A stretch of DNA of 63,017 nucleotides, filler included, from Octopus bimaculoides (GCF_001194135.2; 4 parts of 3 records of this genome joined end to end with filler, not necessarily neighbours in it), one strand, 5' to 3'. Counted from the whole stretch's first letter, positions 12,125 through 25,359 are shown. Notes: generated from the letters alone by a model not told the origin. Made by a program: numbers and translations.

Positions 12125-12495
12125 TGTTTCAGTCATTTGACTGCGGCCATGCTGGAGCACCGCCTTTAGATGAAGAAATCGACCCTGGAACTTATTCTTT
12201 GTAAGCCTAGTACTTATTCTATCGGCTTCTTTTGCCGAACCGCTAAGTGACGGGGGACATAAACACACCAGCATCGGTTGTCAAGCAATGCTAGGGGGAC
12301 AAACACAGACACACACACACACATATATATATATATACATATATACGACGGGCTTCTTTCAGTTTCCATCTACCAATTCCACTCACAAAGCTTTGGTCGG
12401 CCCGAGGCTATAGTAGAAGACACTTGTCCAAGATGCCATGCAGTGGGACTGAACCCGGAACCATGTGGTTGGTAAGCAAGCTACTTACCACACGA
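12125..12495 (-). mobile_element. SINE family A, full length
   Basis: Reverse complement of the 1425-1825 family. Confidence 0.9.
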
Positions 12496-13069
12496 TGAAT
12501 ACATCTATTTCAATAGTTGATTGGATTTACTGAATTTCAACTCCATTGGACTCTGCATTACACTCCTACATATTGGTTTACTATTGGTTTGTAGCCTGGT
12601 CCACCATAGGAGCTCTTTTCTGATCACCACAGGATTATATAAATACACATATTGTGCATTAAATATATATGTGTATGTGTCTTTGTTTGTTCCATGCCAC
12701 CACTTTACAACTGATGTTGGTGTGTTTATGTACCTGTAAGTTAGCAGTTCAGCAAAAGAGACTGATAGAAAAAGTACTAGGCTTTAAAAAGTAAAGTAAT
12801 GGAGTCAATAAGAATACTTCAAGGTAGTGCCCCAGCATGATAGCAGTCTAATGACTGAAACAAGTAAAAGAATAACAGATAAAAGATACTTGATGTACCT
12901 GTATTTGTCTAGGTATGTAAGTAGATAGGTACATAGGTATGGAAAAGAGGAGGCAGGTGTAAACAATGAGAAAATTCTGTTTTAAATGAGGGATAGGTCA
13001 AAACAAGAAAGATAGAAAGAAACTGATGTAGGAAAAAAAGGGAGAAACAAACAGAAATGTTAATAGGCA

Positions 13070-13639
13070 CAGGTGTGGATGTGTGGTGAGAAGCTTGCTT
13101 TTCAACTACATGATTCTGGGTTCAGTCCCACTGTGTGGCACCTTGGGAAAGTGTCTTCTTCTATAGCCTCGAATTGATTAAAGCCTTGTGAGTGGATTTG
13201 GTAGGTGGAAACTGAAAAGAGCCTGTCATAAGTATGTATGTATGTATGTATGTATGTATATATATGTGTGTGTGTGAAGGCACATAGCTCAGTGGTTAGA
13301 GCATCGAACTTACAACCGTGNNNNNNNNNNNNNNNNNNNNNNNNNNNNNNNNNNNNNNNNNNNNNNNNNNNNNNNNNNNNNNNNNNNNNNNNNNNNNNNN
13401 NNNNNNNNNNNNNNNNNNNNNNNNNNNNNNNNNNNNNNNNNNNNNNNNNNNNNNNNNNNNNNNNNNNNNNNNNNNNNNNNNNNNNNNNNNNNNNNNNNNN
13501 NNNNNNNNNNNNNNNNNNNNNNNNNNNNNNNNNNNNNNNNNNNNNNNNNNNNNNNNNNNNNNNNNNNNNNNNNNNNNNNNNNNNNNNNNNNNNNNNNNNN
13601 NNNNNNNNNNNNNNNNNNNNNNNNNNNNNNNNNNNNNNN

Positions 13640-13672
<33 letters not shown>

Positions 13673-13930
13673 CAGAAGTCCGTCATATGTATATATATAT
13701 ACACATGTATATGTCTATGTGTGTGTCTGTGTTTGTCCCCCCCCCCCATCACCGCTTAACAACCAGTGTGTTTATGTACCCGTAATTCATCGGTTCAGCA
13801 AAAGAGACCGATAGAATAAGTAATAGGCTTAAAAAAAGACCCGGGGTTGAACTGTTCGACAAAAGCACTTGAAGGCGGTTCTCCGGCATGGCCGCAGTCA
13901 AATAATTAAAACAGGTAAAAGAATAAAAGA
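13070..13930 (+). mobile_element. SINE family A head and tail, with a second tRNA-like head (13275-13320) before the gap
   Basis: Head 13070-13230; gcacatagctcagtggttagagc at about 13280; tail 13720-13930. Confidence 0.7.
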
Positions 13931-13959
13931 AAGTGGAGTATAAGTTGGTAGGAAAAAAT

Positions 13960-14612
13960 GGAGTGAAGTGAAAAGTCTGAGAGAGAGGTTAAAAAAACTG
14001 AATGGATGTAAAGAGTGAGAGAGAGTGTGGATGAAGGTGAGTAAGAGTAATAAATAGACAAGGGGAGAGCATCTATAGTAAACGGGTGAAGGAAGAAAAG
14101 AGAAAGAGAGAATGCAAAGGTTGTTGGAGGAGAGTAAGAGAGGATGAAAGTAAGAAATAGTGATGGGAAATGCTATAAAGAGGGACTAAATGGAGAGAGA
14201 GAGAGAGAGATGATAAGTGAGGGAGGTTAAAAGAAAGGAACAGAAAAGAGAGATCGAGAGAAAGAGAGAGAGGGGGGGTATAAAACTTATAATGGAGGGT
14301 ACAGGAAATATAAACAAATAAGGCTGATGAGAACAGAAGCTATGGAAATGAAGTGAAAGGAAAGAAGACAAAGATAGAATATACAAAAAAATGGAAAATG
14401 AAACCTAGTGGGAGAGAGGAGAAAGAAAGAGAACTAGGGATAAAGAGAGAGAGAGAGAAAGAAAGGATAATAGCTTGCTTAGAGAGAAAGGTGCATGAGA
14501 GAAAAAATTAGGTTTTTAAGAGGAATGGAAAGTTGGAGAAGCACATAAGATAGAAGGGAAGACACAAAAAAATAACTGAAGAACTAGTGAGAGAGGGGGA
14601 GAGGGGAGAAGA

Positions 14613-14669
<57 letters not shown>

Positions 14670-14720
14670 CAGAGAGAGAGAAAGGAGAGAAAGGATAGGA
14701 AACCAAAGAAGAAAGATAGC
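13960..14720. repeat. Purine-rich (GA)n low-complexity tract
   Basis: Strong AG strand bias, (GA)n at about 14615-14680. Confidence 0.8.
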
Positions 14721-15071
14721 AAAGAAAATACGAATAGCTGATGAATTAAACACAAGTTAAGACATGATCTACTGAATGATGTATGCAAAATATTCTCAAT
14801 CAAAACTCCCACAGAGAAAGAAAACAAAAAACTAGTGGCAATTGTTATTGAAGTAATCTAAAAGAAATTTAGATTTAATTTCACATAAATGATTTACGAA
14901 CATAGAGGAAAATCAGATCATTTTTAGGTCTTAAGATGACAGCTAATAGGCTTGTTTCAGTTGTATTGGAGCTCATCACTGAAAAAGGGAAATAATTTAA
15001 AGAGTTTTACTATACTTCACTTACAATGTGCAATAAAACTATATTATATCTGTAGCTATCTCCTTGCTTAC

Positions 15072-15117
15072 ACTAGCTCTTGTAAATCTGTAGCATCTGC
15101 TTTTCCAATCTCTGCTG
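15072..15117 (-). CDS. Candidate 46-nt coding exon
   Basis: ttatctcctcttcag|CAGCAGAG...GAGCTAGT|gtaagc; frame AEIGKADATDLQELV (phase 1 to 2) joins in frame to 6738-6954. Confidence 0.45.
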
Positions 15118-15598
15118 CTGAAGAGGAGATAATTACTCTGACATGCATGCATCCACCAGTCTGGTTATTGGATGCTATGGACTGATTCAGTGTATTAACA
15201 CCTATTTGTATACTACAAGAAATTTTCTCCATGACAAAATACAGAGAATGGCTTTCTTATGGGTTAAAAAATGTCTCGAGTATATTTGAATTGATAACAA
15301 ATTCGTATATACACACATCACTGGTTAGTGCTGTCACACCATATGCGAGTGTGTCTGTGTGTGGCTACGTTTGTCCCTCTCATCGCCACCACCACTACCA
15401 CTTGACAACTGGGGTTGATTTGTTTGACTAAAACCCTCTGAGGTGGTGCCCCAGCAAATCTCGGAAACAACTAAAAGAATTTAAACAGGAAAATAATTTT
15501 GTACAATTAAATGCCGATTATTACCAACCAGTCCTTTATTTCTTTTCTCCAACCGAGAAAGGAAATTTTTAATTGAGAATATTTTGTGTCATTTAGGG

Positions 15599-16296
15599 CA
15601 GTGCTTTTCAAACTATCTGATGTGACGTACCAACAGTTTCTTTTTTCCAATATGCCAGGGACCAGTAATATTTCTAAGTAATATTAATTTATACCAGAAA
15701 CAATATATAATAGGCGCAGGTGTGGCTGTGTGGTAAGTAGCTTGCTTATCAACCACATGGTTCTGGGTTCAGTCCCACTGCGTGGCACCTTGGGCAAGTG
15801 TCTTCTACTATAGCCTTGGACTGACCAAAGCCTTGTAAGTGGATTTGGTAGACAGAAACTGAAAGAAGCCCATCGTATATATGTATATATATATATATGT
15901 GTATGTGTGTGTTTGTGTGTCTATGTTTGTCCCCCCAACATCGCTTGACAACCGATGCTGGTGCGTATACGTCCCCGTAACTTAGTGGTTCGGCAAAAGA
16001 TACTGATAGAATAAGTACTTGGCTTACAAAGTATAAGTCTTGGGGTCGATTTCCTCGACTAAAGGCGGTGCTCCAGCATGGCTGCAGTCAAATGACTGAA
16101 ACAAGTAAAAGAGTATAATGAATATGATAAAAGTTGACAATTTATTTTTATCTTATATTTATTTTGTAAGCAAATAATACAATATCACATGAGCACTTTA
16201 CAACATTTTTTTCTTTTCTGGAAACTTGCTGTGTACCGACAACTGATGGCTCGCGGTCCAGCACCGGTCCATGGACCATCACTTTGAGAAGCACTG
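15599..16296. mobile_element. hAT (Charlie-like) MITE carrying a nested SINE
   Basis: TIRs cagtgcttttcaaact / actttgagaagcactg; 8-bp TSD atttaggg / atttagag. Confidence 0.8.
15713..16115 (+). mobile_element. SINE family A, full length, nested in the hAT MITE
   Basis: ggcgcaggtgtggctg head through aaacaagtaaaagag tail. Confidence 0.9.
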
Positions 16297-16480
16297 ATTT
16301 AGAGCATCACCTCTTAAATCATTTAACTAAATTCAAGCTATTAATTAGTCAACTGAGTTATTTCATTTAGACCCTTTACTTTGTTTGTTAATTAGACAAA
16401 TTACCACTACTATCTTTGTTAACTCATTTTTTCTACATAAAAAAATTGTCAGCTGATCAAGTGGACTAGATCTAGCTATA

Positions 16481-16521
16481 CCTCGCTGACAAGGTCCAAC
16501 AACACTGAAACATGTCTAGAG
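16481..16521 (+). ncRNA. Decayed minimal hammerhead motif
   Basis: CTGACAA-GGT-ccaacaac-ACT-GAAAC-AT-GTC; two CpG-type changes from CTGACGA..ACCGAAAC; palindromic ACATGT stem III; weak stem I. Confidence 0.5.
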
Positions 16522-17354
16522 ACGTTACACTGGTGGCCAATGATGGTGCGAATTTTTGTGCTAAGTATGTAAAACAATCTTTTGAAATTAATTCTTTGTT
16601 TCTCTTAATTAATTTAAGGTTTTTGTCAAATGGAAAGTCTCAGTTTATAAGGGAAATCTCAGGGAGAGGACTGGAATGCTAAAGAAAGAAGAAATGCATG
16701 AAGAGATGACCAATACTGAAAATAAAAGGACAGAGCAAAGCAAGGAAGGAAAGAAAGAAATGAAAGGACACAAAGAGACAGATGGCTATGCAGACAGGCA
16801 GACAAAAAGCAGACAGACAGATAAGCAGTAAGACAGGCAGGCAGACAGACAGATAGATAAATGGATAGATAGATTGATAGTCAGACAGATAGGCAGATAG
16901 ACAATCGGAGACTAGATAGCTGACAAACGCATAAATGGACATAAAGACAGTCAGGTAGATAGATAGATATATAGATAAATAGATAGACAGATAGAGATAG
17001 AGAGAAAGAGACAAATGGATAGATGGATAGACAGACAGAAAGATGAGAAGAAAGAGACGATGAGAAACAAAAGAAGAAAAAGTGTATAAGACAAAGCAAA
17101 ATGAGAAAAAAAACATGAGATGAAAAGCAAGATTGGGGACATGGTGAAAGAATGCAAAATAAGCTGAAAGAAATGTTGTACAGGAGAACTACAAGCAAGA
17201 AATCAGTGAATAATGGGCCAAATAATGCAAGTGAGAGAGTAAAATGACAACAGAGCGATGTATGTATGTATGTATGTATGTATATGTGTATATATGTATG
17301 TATGTACGTGTGTGTGAATATATATACGTACATATGTATGTATGTATGAATGGA

Positions 17355-17396
<42 letters not shown>

Positions 17397-18634
17397 CAAT
17401 GGAAAGAATGACACAGCATAAGAATTTTAAAAATAATAATACAAAACAATGAGAGAAAAACAAAAATATGTGACATAAGGTGGAAGGAAGGGATTTTGGT
17501 GTTGAAAGAGAAGACAGAGTTTGAGGGAAACATAGAGATGATGATGGTGATGAGGGTGGTGGTGGTGGTAGGCTATTGGTTATGATGGTGATGATAATTA
17601 TGATGATGATGATGAGAATCCTGGTGGTGAAGGTGGGTTTTTAATGATGGCGAAATTGCTAATGTTGATGGTAGTAGTAGTAGTAATAGTGCAGTGGTGG
17701 TGGTGGTGATAACAGTTGTAACAAGGATGATGATCATAACAATAATAATAATAATAAAATTGATGAATTCCGTGAACAAGTAGAAGCCACGTCAATAGCA
17801 ATGAAGGTGAAAACAAAAAAGAGAATCTAAAGAGAAGAAAGAAAGAAAGAAAGAACAGAAGGTGTGTATGAGTGTAAATAGACAAGGTAAAATACGAAAC
17901 AAATGAAATAAATAGCAATAAGTTTGCCGCCATGTGAGTCACACTGGAATCAAACAGGGTAGAAACATATTCCATAGCATGTTAGCAAGGCTTAGGAAGT
18001 AGGTGAATGCTTTCAAGGAAGAATGCACTGACTTTTAGTGGAAGAGAGAGAGAGAGAGAGAGAGAAAGAGTCAAGGAAGTTGGGAAGGACGGAGACAGCG
18101 GTGGAGGAGGAAAGAGATTTTTCCACTCTGCTGAAACCAATGAGCTATCAACCATCCAGAGCATTAGGACATCCTTTCCATTTGAGCTGATCACACACAG
18201 ACACATGTATAGATGATCGTGCATGTGCAGGCACATGCATACATGTTCACGCAGAACATTCATTCCTTGAGGGGCATTTCACAAGCAAAGATGTCAACAG
18301 AGTGGAATGACGTTTTCTGTTTCAAGTTTGAAAAAGGAGAAGGAAAAAAAAAAAAGACACACACAGCCAGAGCAGAGTAGCATAAGTGAGAAAGTAAATA
18401 TTGGGTGGGTAGTTGGCTAATTTTTTCAGTGAAGGACAGCGAGTAATAAATGCAATCTTTTTATAGTTAAGTGCAGGCTCGGGGATTGAAAGTTGGCGAA
18501 TATATGCTTTTGTAGCAGTTAAATAATTGGTGAAACACAAGTTCCATTTTCGCATAAGATGCAGTTATTTAAAATTGAATAAGAGTGTGAGAGAGAGAAA
18601 GAGGAAAAGAGAAGGAGGGAGAGAGAAGTGGTGA

Positions 18635-18666
<32 letters not shown>

Positions 18667-18694
18667 NNNNNNNNNNGGGAGAGAGAAGTGGTGA

Positions 18695-18742
<48 letters not shown>

Positions 18743-19007
18743 CAAAGAGATGACAAATGGATAGAAATCAAATAATGACTTGCAGACTTAATGCATGGAA
18801 TAAACCTAACAAAATAATAATTTTTAACTTATTTATTTTTAAACAGCACAAGACTTATAGATAATTACACACACATATATATATATATACATACATGCAT
18901 ATACACACATATATATATATACATACATACATGTATATACACATATATATATATATATACATACATACATACATGCATATATATATATACATATATATAT
19001 ACATACA

Positions 19008-19051
<44 letters not shown>

Positions 19052-19963
19052 ATACATACATATATACATAATGTGTGTGTGTGCCAATGTATAATTATAT
19101 TTGACAAATAAACCGATCTGACAGAGAGAGAGTTACATGTGTGTAAGTGTGTGTGTGTATGTGTGTATAGGCATGGGAGTGTAGTTAAGGAGCCTGCTTC
19201 TAAACCATGCAGTCTTGGGTTCAGCCCTACTGTGTTGCACATTAGGAAAGTGCCTTCTAATATAGCCCCAGGCACTCAAAGCCTTCTGAGTGAGCTTGTT
19301 AGAAGGAAACTGAAAGAATCCTGATGTATATAAGTTGTGTGTGTGTGTGTGTGTACTCGTGCCATGTCATCACATGATGTTGTGCTTGGAAACAGGTGAG
19401 CATTGGTGACAGGAAGAGCATCCAACCTGTAGAAAATCTGCCTCAAGAAATTCCATCTGACTCGAGTAAGCATGGAAATGTGATATCAAACAATATAGAC
19501 AGTGAGATAGATAGATAGATAGATAAATGGATAGAAAGAGGTAGATAGATAGATAGAAAGAGAGAGAGAGAGAGAGAGAGAGGCACATGCATTATTATTA
19601 TAGCTTTTATGTCCATCTTTTCATGTGTACATTGGCTGAGTGAGGCCTTTTAAGGTTATATTTGAGTGACCAGATGCCCTTCTATCAACCCTTTCAGTTG
19701 CCTTTTATGAGATATAGGGATACATTTTCCTATTCTAAAATCCAGGATACACACACTCACAAATATATATACATACATATATGCACACACAATTATGTAT
19801 GGTTAAGAAGTCTGCTCTCCAACCATGTGGTTTTGTGTTCTCACCCATTTCACAGCACCTTGGATAAATGTCTTCAACTGTAGTTGCAAGCTGACCAAAG
19901 TTTTGTTACTGAAATTGGGAGAAGTAAAGAGCTAGAAACCCATTGTACAACCCCCCCCCCCCC

Positions 19964-20006
<43 letters not shown>

Positions 20007-20467
20007 TCCATGCACACATGATCATCATCTTTTAACATGTCACCCATTGTGGCTTGTATTTGATAGTTTCACCAGACCTGACAGGTCAGAGGACAGCCTT
20101 GTGCTCCAGTGTCTCTTTGGTATGGTTGCTAACACTGAATCTCTTTCTAATGCCAACCACTTTATAGATTGTATTGGATGCTTTTTCATGGCACCAGCAC
20201 TAGTGAGGTTGCCATGCAGCCTGGCAGTCTAAGGTCCCCATCAGCTGAATAGAATTAGAGTAGAAGGAGATTGGTAGTTTAATTTTAGGTGATGAAAGAT
20301 GAGATTCCAAATGCATGGCTGGATAAGTATAATCAGTGTGGAACTTGAAAAGTAGACAAGGTAAACATGTCTAACAATATCACTTGCCTTGAGGCTTTTG
20401 TGTCTTCTTACAAGGTTCATTGCAGTTGGATGATTTAGTGAATGTCAAATCTAAAGATCCTTTAGAT

Positions 20468-20792
20468 TAGTGGATCTTAACCATTTTTTTATCTATGGAC
20501 CCCTTTGCTTATCATTCTGTTCTGGTGGATCCCCAAAGCTATTGGATGTTTAAAAACTAGTGTTAAAGATACTTTTTTCAAAATTCTTATTTTGTTATTC
20601 ACACATTCACTTTTGTAGGTTGGACAATGTAAAAAATGAGAGAAAGAAACCTAGCTGTTTCTTGCAATAAATACATCTAAATCTCAAAACTTTTTTTATG
20701 GGCCCTTAATATACTACTGTGGGTCCCCAATTTACTATTTTGCTTGTGTGGACCCCATGAAATGTAATATGGACCCTGGCTGAGAACCACTG
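20468..20792. mobile_element. hAT (Charlie-like) MITE
   Basis: TIRs tagtggatcttaacc / ggctgagaaccactg; TSD ctttagat / ctgtagat. Confidence 0.75.
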
Positions 20793-20908
20793 CTGTAGAT
20801 CATCAAATTGCTAGAGTAATACTGGACTGTCTGAACTAATCCACCCCACCATCATTGATTGCCTTGTCAGCTGCAAAAATAGCCATGTCACAGCCCTCAT
20901 TGACATAC

Positions 20909-20943
20909 TTTGTAATAGATATTGTTGCTCTGACAGAGCTGCA
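20909..20943 (-). CDS. Candidate 35-nt coding exon
   Basis: tctcactgtag|TGCAGCTC...TTACAAA|gtatgt; AALSEQQYLLQ (phase 2 to 1) joins in frame to 15072-15117. Confidence 0.35.
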
Positions 20944-21049
20944 CTACAGTGAGATTTATAAAAGTTTATGCAATTATTTGCTACATAGGCTTAATTAATG
21001 CCTGTCAAAAGTCAGCACCTTTCTTTTAATTGTTAGCATTGATTGTTAG

Positions 21050-21195
21050 TGGTTGGCGTTAGGAAGGGCATCCAGCTGTAGAAACTCTGCCAAATCAGAC
21101 TGGAGCCTGGTGTTGCCATCCGGTTTCACCAGTCCTCAGTCAAATCGTCCAACCCATGCTAGCATGGAAAGCGGACGTTAAACGATGATGATGAT
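21050..21195 (+). mobile_element. (GAT)n-tailed retroposon 3' end
   Basis: tggttggcgttaggaagggcatcc...cgttaaacgatgatgatgat. Confidence 0.85.
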
Positions 21196-21230
21196 TGATG
21201 TCTTACCCCTGTCTTCAAATTGCATCTGCA

Positions 21231-21893
21231 TTCACTCTTTTGTTACTATATTTCTGTTGAGATGCTCTGTGTTTCTTTCAATTAATTTTAAATATAGAAG
21301 CATATCCAAGCGTGATCGTTACCAGGGCCACGGATTGGCTCCTGTGTCAGTGATACGTGAAAAGCACTATTCGAGTGCAATCGTTGCCAGCGTCGCCATA
21401 CTAGCACATGTGCTAGTGGAAAGTGAAAAACAACATTCGAGTGTGGTTGTTGCCAGTGCCGCTGGACTGGCTCCCATGCAGGTAACACGTAAAAACACCT
21501 TTTGAGCATTATAGATGCCAGAACCGCCTGACTGGCCCTTGTTGCTGGTGGCACATAAAAAGCACCCACTACACTCTCAGAGTGGTTGGCGTTAGGAAGG
21601 ACATCTAGCTGTAGAAACATTGCCAGATCAGATTGAGCCTGGTGCAGCCTCTGGCTCACCAGTCCTCAGTCAAACTGTCCAACCTATGCCAGCATGGAAA
21701 GCGGATGTTAAACGATGATGATGATGATAACAAAGAATTTAGTAAAATAACTTAATTATCATTAAGCTAGTGTTAGGAACATAAATCGTGACTAAGGTTT
21801 GGTGGTAGATTTTAATTCAGAACTTTTGAAAACAAGACGTTTGTACTACAGAGCCAGAGACAGTTTCAGGTGGGTTGGCATCAAAAGGGTTAA
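21231..21893. mobile_element. piggyBac-like (TTAA-CCC) MITE interrupted by a retroposon
   Basis: Left end ttcactcttttgttac, right end catcaaaagggttaa; halves 21231-21296 and 21729-21893 flank the insert. Confidence 0.6.
21297..21728 (+). mobile_element. (GAT)n-tailed retroposon with 4 tandem units of about 65 bp
   Basis: Units ending aaaagcac..ttcga, then the conserved body and (GAT)n. Confidence 0.85.
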
Positions 21894-23639
21894 AGAAAGC
21901 ATCCAACTTTGCTGATTTGAGTTTCCTAGAGAAAAGCTCTCTGCTATCCTTGGATAATTTTTCTATCTTGCATGCAGGGTGAGGCTTGATTGATGATTCA
22001 ACATGGATGTTGAATAGTTGAGCCCTGATGTTATCAAAGAACTTTGGATTGTCATCGTTATAGGGCATATTTCAATCCAACTGAAATAATTTTGTCAACA
22101 TCACCTTATCTTCCCACTGCCCCCAGATCAATGCCTGACATGTAGGATATCATCCCTGTAGCTATTTAATAGTGGTCATTGACATACTAATATCACAGAA
22201 GATCCTTCTCTCCTTTAGGAGCCTGGAGTTACTTTTGCTTCTCTCGGAATATCCAAGAAATGAAATCATGTTGATCTTTTGGTTACTTTTTCTGTAATCT
22301 TTCAACACACAATATTATTTTAATAAATCTGCTTAAACTTAAATCAAAAGAACACTAACAGTGCAAGCACCATCATTCTTGAAATGAAATACATCTTCGA
22401 GAACTCAGCTCTTCTGATTTTAAATGCACTGTAATCCTCATTTGAGGTGAAATCCAAGACACAATCTTTCTGAAATTGAAGCCATTGTTAATTACATTAG
22501 CAGTAAATTACATTAGCAGGTCACTTAAGGGTTTTGCAAATGAACTATTTAAGTCAATGAGTGCTTTATTCAGCTTTCATATTATCATCATTATCATTGC
22601 CATCACCAGCATCATCATCATCATCATCATTACTACACCTCTCTCCTGATATATTCCATTCTCTACCTCTCTCTATTCCAGAAAGAGAGAGAAAGTGTGG
22701 AATGGAAAGTGAGGGTGGGGGTGGGAGAGAACGAGATGAGGTGAAGGAAGATTAAACAGAGATTGAAGCAGGAAAAAGAGTTTGATATGACATAAAACAT
22801 ATTTTAGAATGTTTCTTCACTTCGTTTATACCTCTCCTTCACAACTTTCTGCATTTCTTCTTTCTACCACTTCCTCCTTTCCAGAGATTCCTGTGTTTCT
22901 TCTAGTTGCCAATACTTCTTTATATCAACTTCCTGTCTTTCTTCAACTCATGACTCAAAAGACAGTAAAAAATGTTAGCGAGAGAAACACATGCAGAGTC
23001 ATCTAAGAATTCATAAGTCAGAAGAAACAGGCACTTGTATATTTGCCAGTGGAGTAGGTGTATATCAATCAAAGTATACAGTAATGTAGATCCATTTCAG
23101 CCAATCTTACTAATTGGTTTCATACTCAGTATTAGATAACAGGACAGTTATCTAAATACATGAACTCTTCAGAGATGCTACATATGGCAATTATTTTTAG
23201 AGATGCTATGTATGGCAATTTTTTTCCACCATACATGCCATCTCTGAAGAGCATGTGTATTTAGACAACTGTCTTGTAATCTAATACTTGAAGTGAAACT
23301 AATAGGTAAGATCAGCTGAAATCGATCTCTAATATTGTATGCTTTGATTAATATACATACATACATCCATACGTACGTATGTGTGTGTCTGCGTGTAGTA
23401 AATGAATCTCTGTTGGCTTCAATGATGTGTATTCAAGTTTGGTCAACTGGATTACCTCATTATTAACTTATCATGTATGTAGCAGAGCATACATATGTTC
23501 TGTCACCAACTCTCACTTACTTTTAGGTACATTACTTGTGATGACAATTATGTTGAGTAGTACCGTTGTGTGGAGAAAGTAATGGCTTTTGCGTTACTTT
23601 CAGGAAAACCCTAATGTGTGTGTGTGTGTGTATATATAT

Positions 23640-24283
23640 ATCATCATCATCCTCATTGTTTAACGTCTGCTTTCCATGCTGGCATGGGTTGGATGGTTTG
23701 ACTGAGGGATGGCAAGTCAGAATGTTGCACAAGGCTCCAATCTGATCTGGCAATGTTTCTACAGCTGGATGCCCTTCCTAATGCCAACCACTCCAAGAGT
23801 GTAGTGGGTGCTTTTTACATGAAACTGGCACGAGGGCCAGTCAGGTGGTACTGGCATCAACCACGCTTGAATGGTACTTTTTACATGCCACAGACACGGG
23901 AGCAAGTCAGGTGCATTGGCAATGACCATACTTAAATGGTGCATTTTATGTGCTACTGGCATGGGACCAGTCAGCTGGCACTGGGATTGACCATGCTCGA
24001 ATGGTGCTTTTTTATGTGCCACCAGCATGGGACCAGTCAGGTAGCACTGGGATCGACCACACTAGAATGGTGCTTTTTATGTGCCACTGGCATGGGTGCC
24101 AATCAGGTGGTATTGTCATCGACCTGACTCAACAGATCTTCACAAGTGCAGTTTATTGCCCAATGATTGAAGGGTACTCTTAAATGGGCCAGTTATGCTG
24201 CACTGGCATAGGCCACGGTTATTGTCTCACTTGGCTCATGGGGTCTTCTCAAGCACAGCATATCTCCAAAAGTCTCCTGGGCT
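23640..24283 (-). mobile_element. (GAT)n-tailed retroposon with about 5 tandem 65-bp units
   Basis: atggtgc..tttt unit starts near 23871, 23936, 24001 and 24067. Confidence 0.85.
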
Positions 24284-24880
24284 GAATTTGGCATGCTGCT
24301 CATTTCATTTAGGACAAAATGTGTACAAGCATGTTTTACAAGAAGTACTAAAATGCAGATATCATGAAGATGACAGTTATAGTCTAAAAATGCAGTATTT
24401 TTTTACCCTTGCCTTCATGCTAGTTGATGAAGTTGCAGATAGATATGAACAACTTGTAGATGATGATGCTATTCCACAGTCAATAGTATCCTATTTTAAA
24501 AATAATTATATAGGACCACCTAGAGCAGTGTTTCCTAAACTGGGGTTCGTAGATCCCTTGTGGTTTGTAAATGTAGTACTGGGGGTCCGTGAACTAAATT
24601 CAAAATTTCATATAAATATGTATATAAGGATAAGCATATTAAAAGGGGTCGATGGGAAAACTCATTTAAATAAAAAGGTTGGGAACCACTGACCTAGAAG
24701 AAGAGGATAGAGGAGGTGATACCTTGAACCTCTATTTCCATTACCTATATGGAATGTTTGGGATCAATGTATGACAGGGATTGCTCCTACTACAAATAGT
24801 TTAGAAGCCTACCACAGCACACTGAAAAACAGTGAACATTAGTCATCCGAATATTTGGAAACTTATTAACCAGAGGAAGA
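24284..24880 (+). mobile_element. MULE (Mutator-like) transposase relic
   Basis: LACCSFHLGQNVYKHV...ALAF-like FTLAFMLVDEV...YFKNNYIG, then after removing the MITE LEPLFPLPIWNVWDQCMTGIAPTTNSLEAYH...SHPNIWKLI; typical animal MULE CxxH, TNNxxExxH and HPxIW motifs; contains stops. Confidence 0.8.
24526..24691. mobile_element. hAT (Charlie-like) MITE, 166 bp, inside the MULE relic
   Basis: TIRs cagtgtttcctaaac / ggttgggaaccactg; TSD acctagag / acctagaa. Confidence 0.85.
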
Positions 24881-25043
24881 ATTGACCAACGATGAATTGA
24901 CTGGGGACAAATGAAAAGATAAATTGCCATTGATGAATTGACTGGACACTGTAAAAAATACATATGTATATGCATATTAATGCATGTGTGTATATATATA
25001 TATATATATCAGTGTATACTATGTGTGCACATGTATGTATGAA

Positions 25044-25098
<55 letters not shown>

Positions 25099-25198
25099 NN
25101 NNNNNNNNNNNNNNNNNNNNNNNNNNNNNNNNNNNNNNNNNNTTAATTAATTAANNNNNNNNNNNNNNNNNNNNNNNNNNNNNNNNNNNNNNNNNNNN
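25099..25198. other. Artificial scaffold-join marker
   Basis: Exactly 44 N + TTAATTAATTAA (stops in all six frames) + 44 N. Confidence 0.95.
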
Positions 25199-25312
25199 CT
25201 TAGAAATATTAATAACTCTATTTCTGAAAACCAGTGGATAGATTCCACTGAAATTAGATAAATAACCTTCGAGCAGATAGTCAGCAGCGCCGCCTGGCTA
25301 AGGCTTGGCTAC

Positions 25313-25359
25313 TCTGCATTGACAAGGGGCAACACCCTGAAACTAGTCTAGTCTGCAGA
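25313..25359 (+). ncRNA. Decayed minimal hammerhead motif
   Basis: TCTGCA-TTGACAA-GGGG-caaca-CCCT-GAAAC-TA-GTC-[TAGTC duplication]-TGCAGA; 6-bp stem I; palindromic ACTAGT stem III. Confidence 0.65.

Noticed and set aside
18615-18710. Direct repeat gggagagagaagtggtgaggaaga
   Set aside because: Sits on both sides of a 10-N gap; probably an unmerged contig overlap
21817-22068. 83-aa minus-strand ORF
   Set aside because: C-terminal part is the piggyBac-like MITE; the rest has an in-frame upstream stop and at most resembles decayed LINE sequence
23640-24110. CRISPR-like look of the 65-bp array
   Set aside because: Whole units are homologous, there are no unique spacers or cas genes, and the context is eukaryotic
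25143-25154. TTAATTAATTAA palindrome as a biological site
   Set aside because: Three identical copies, each centred in 44+44 N; assembly spacer
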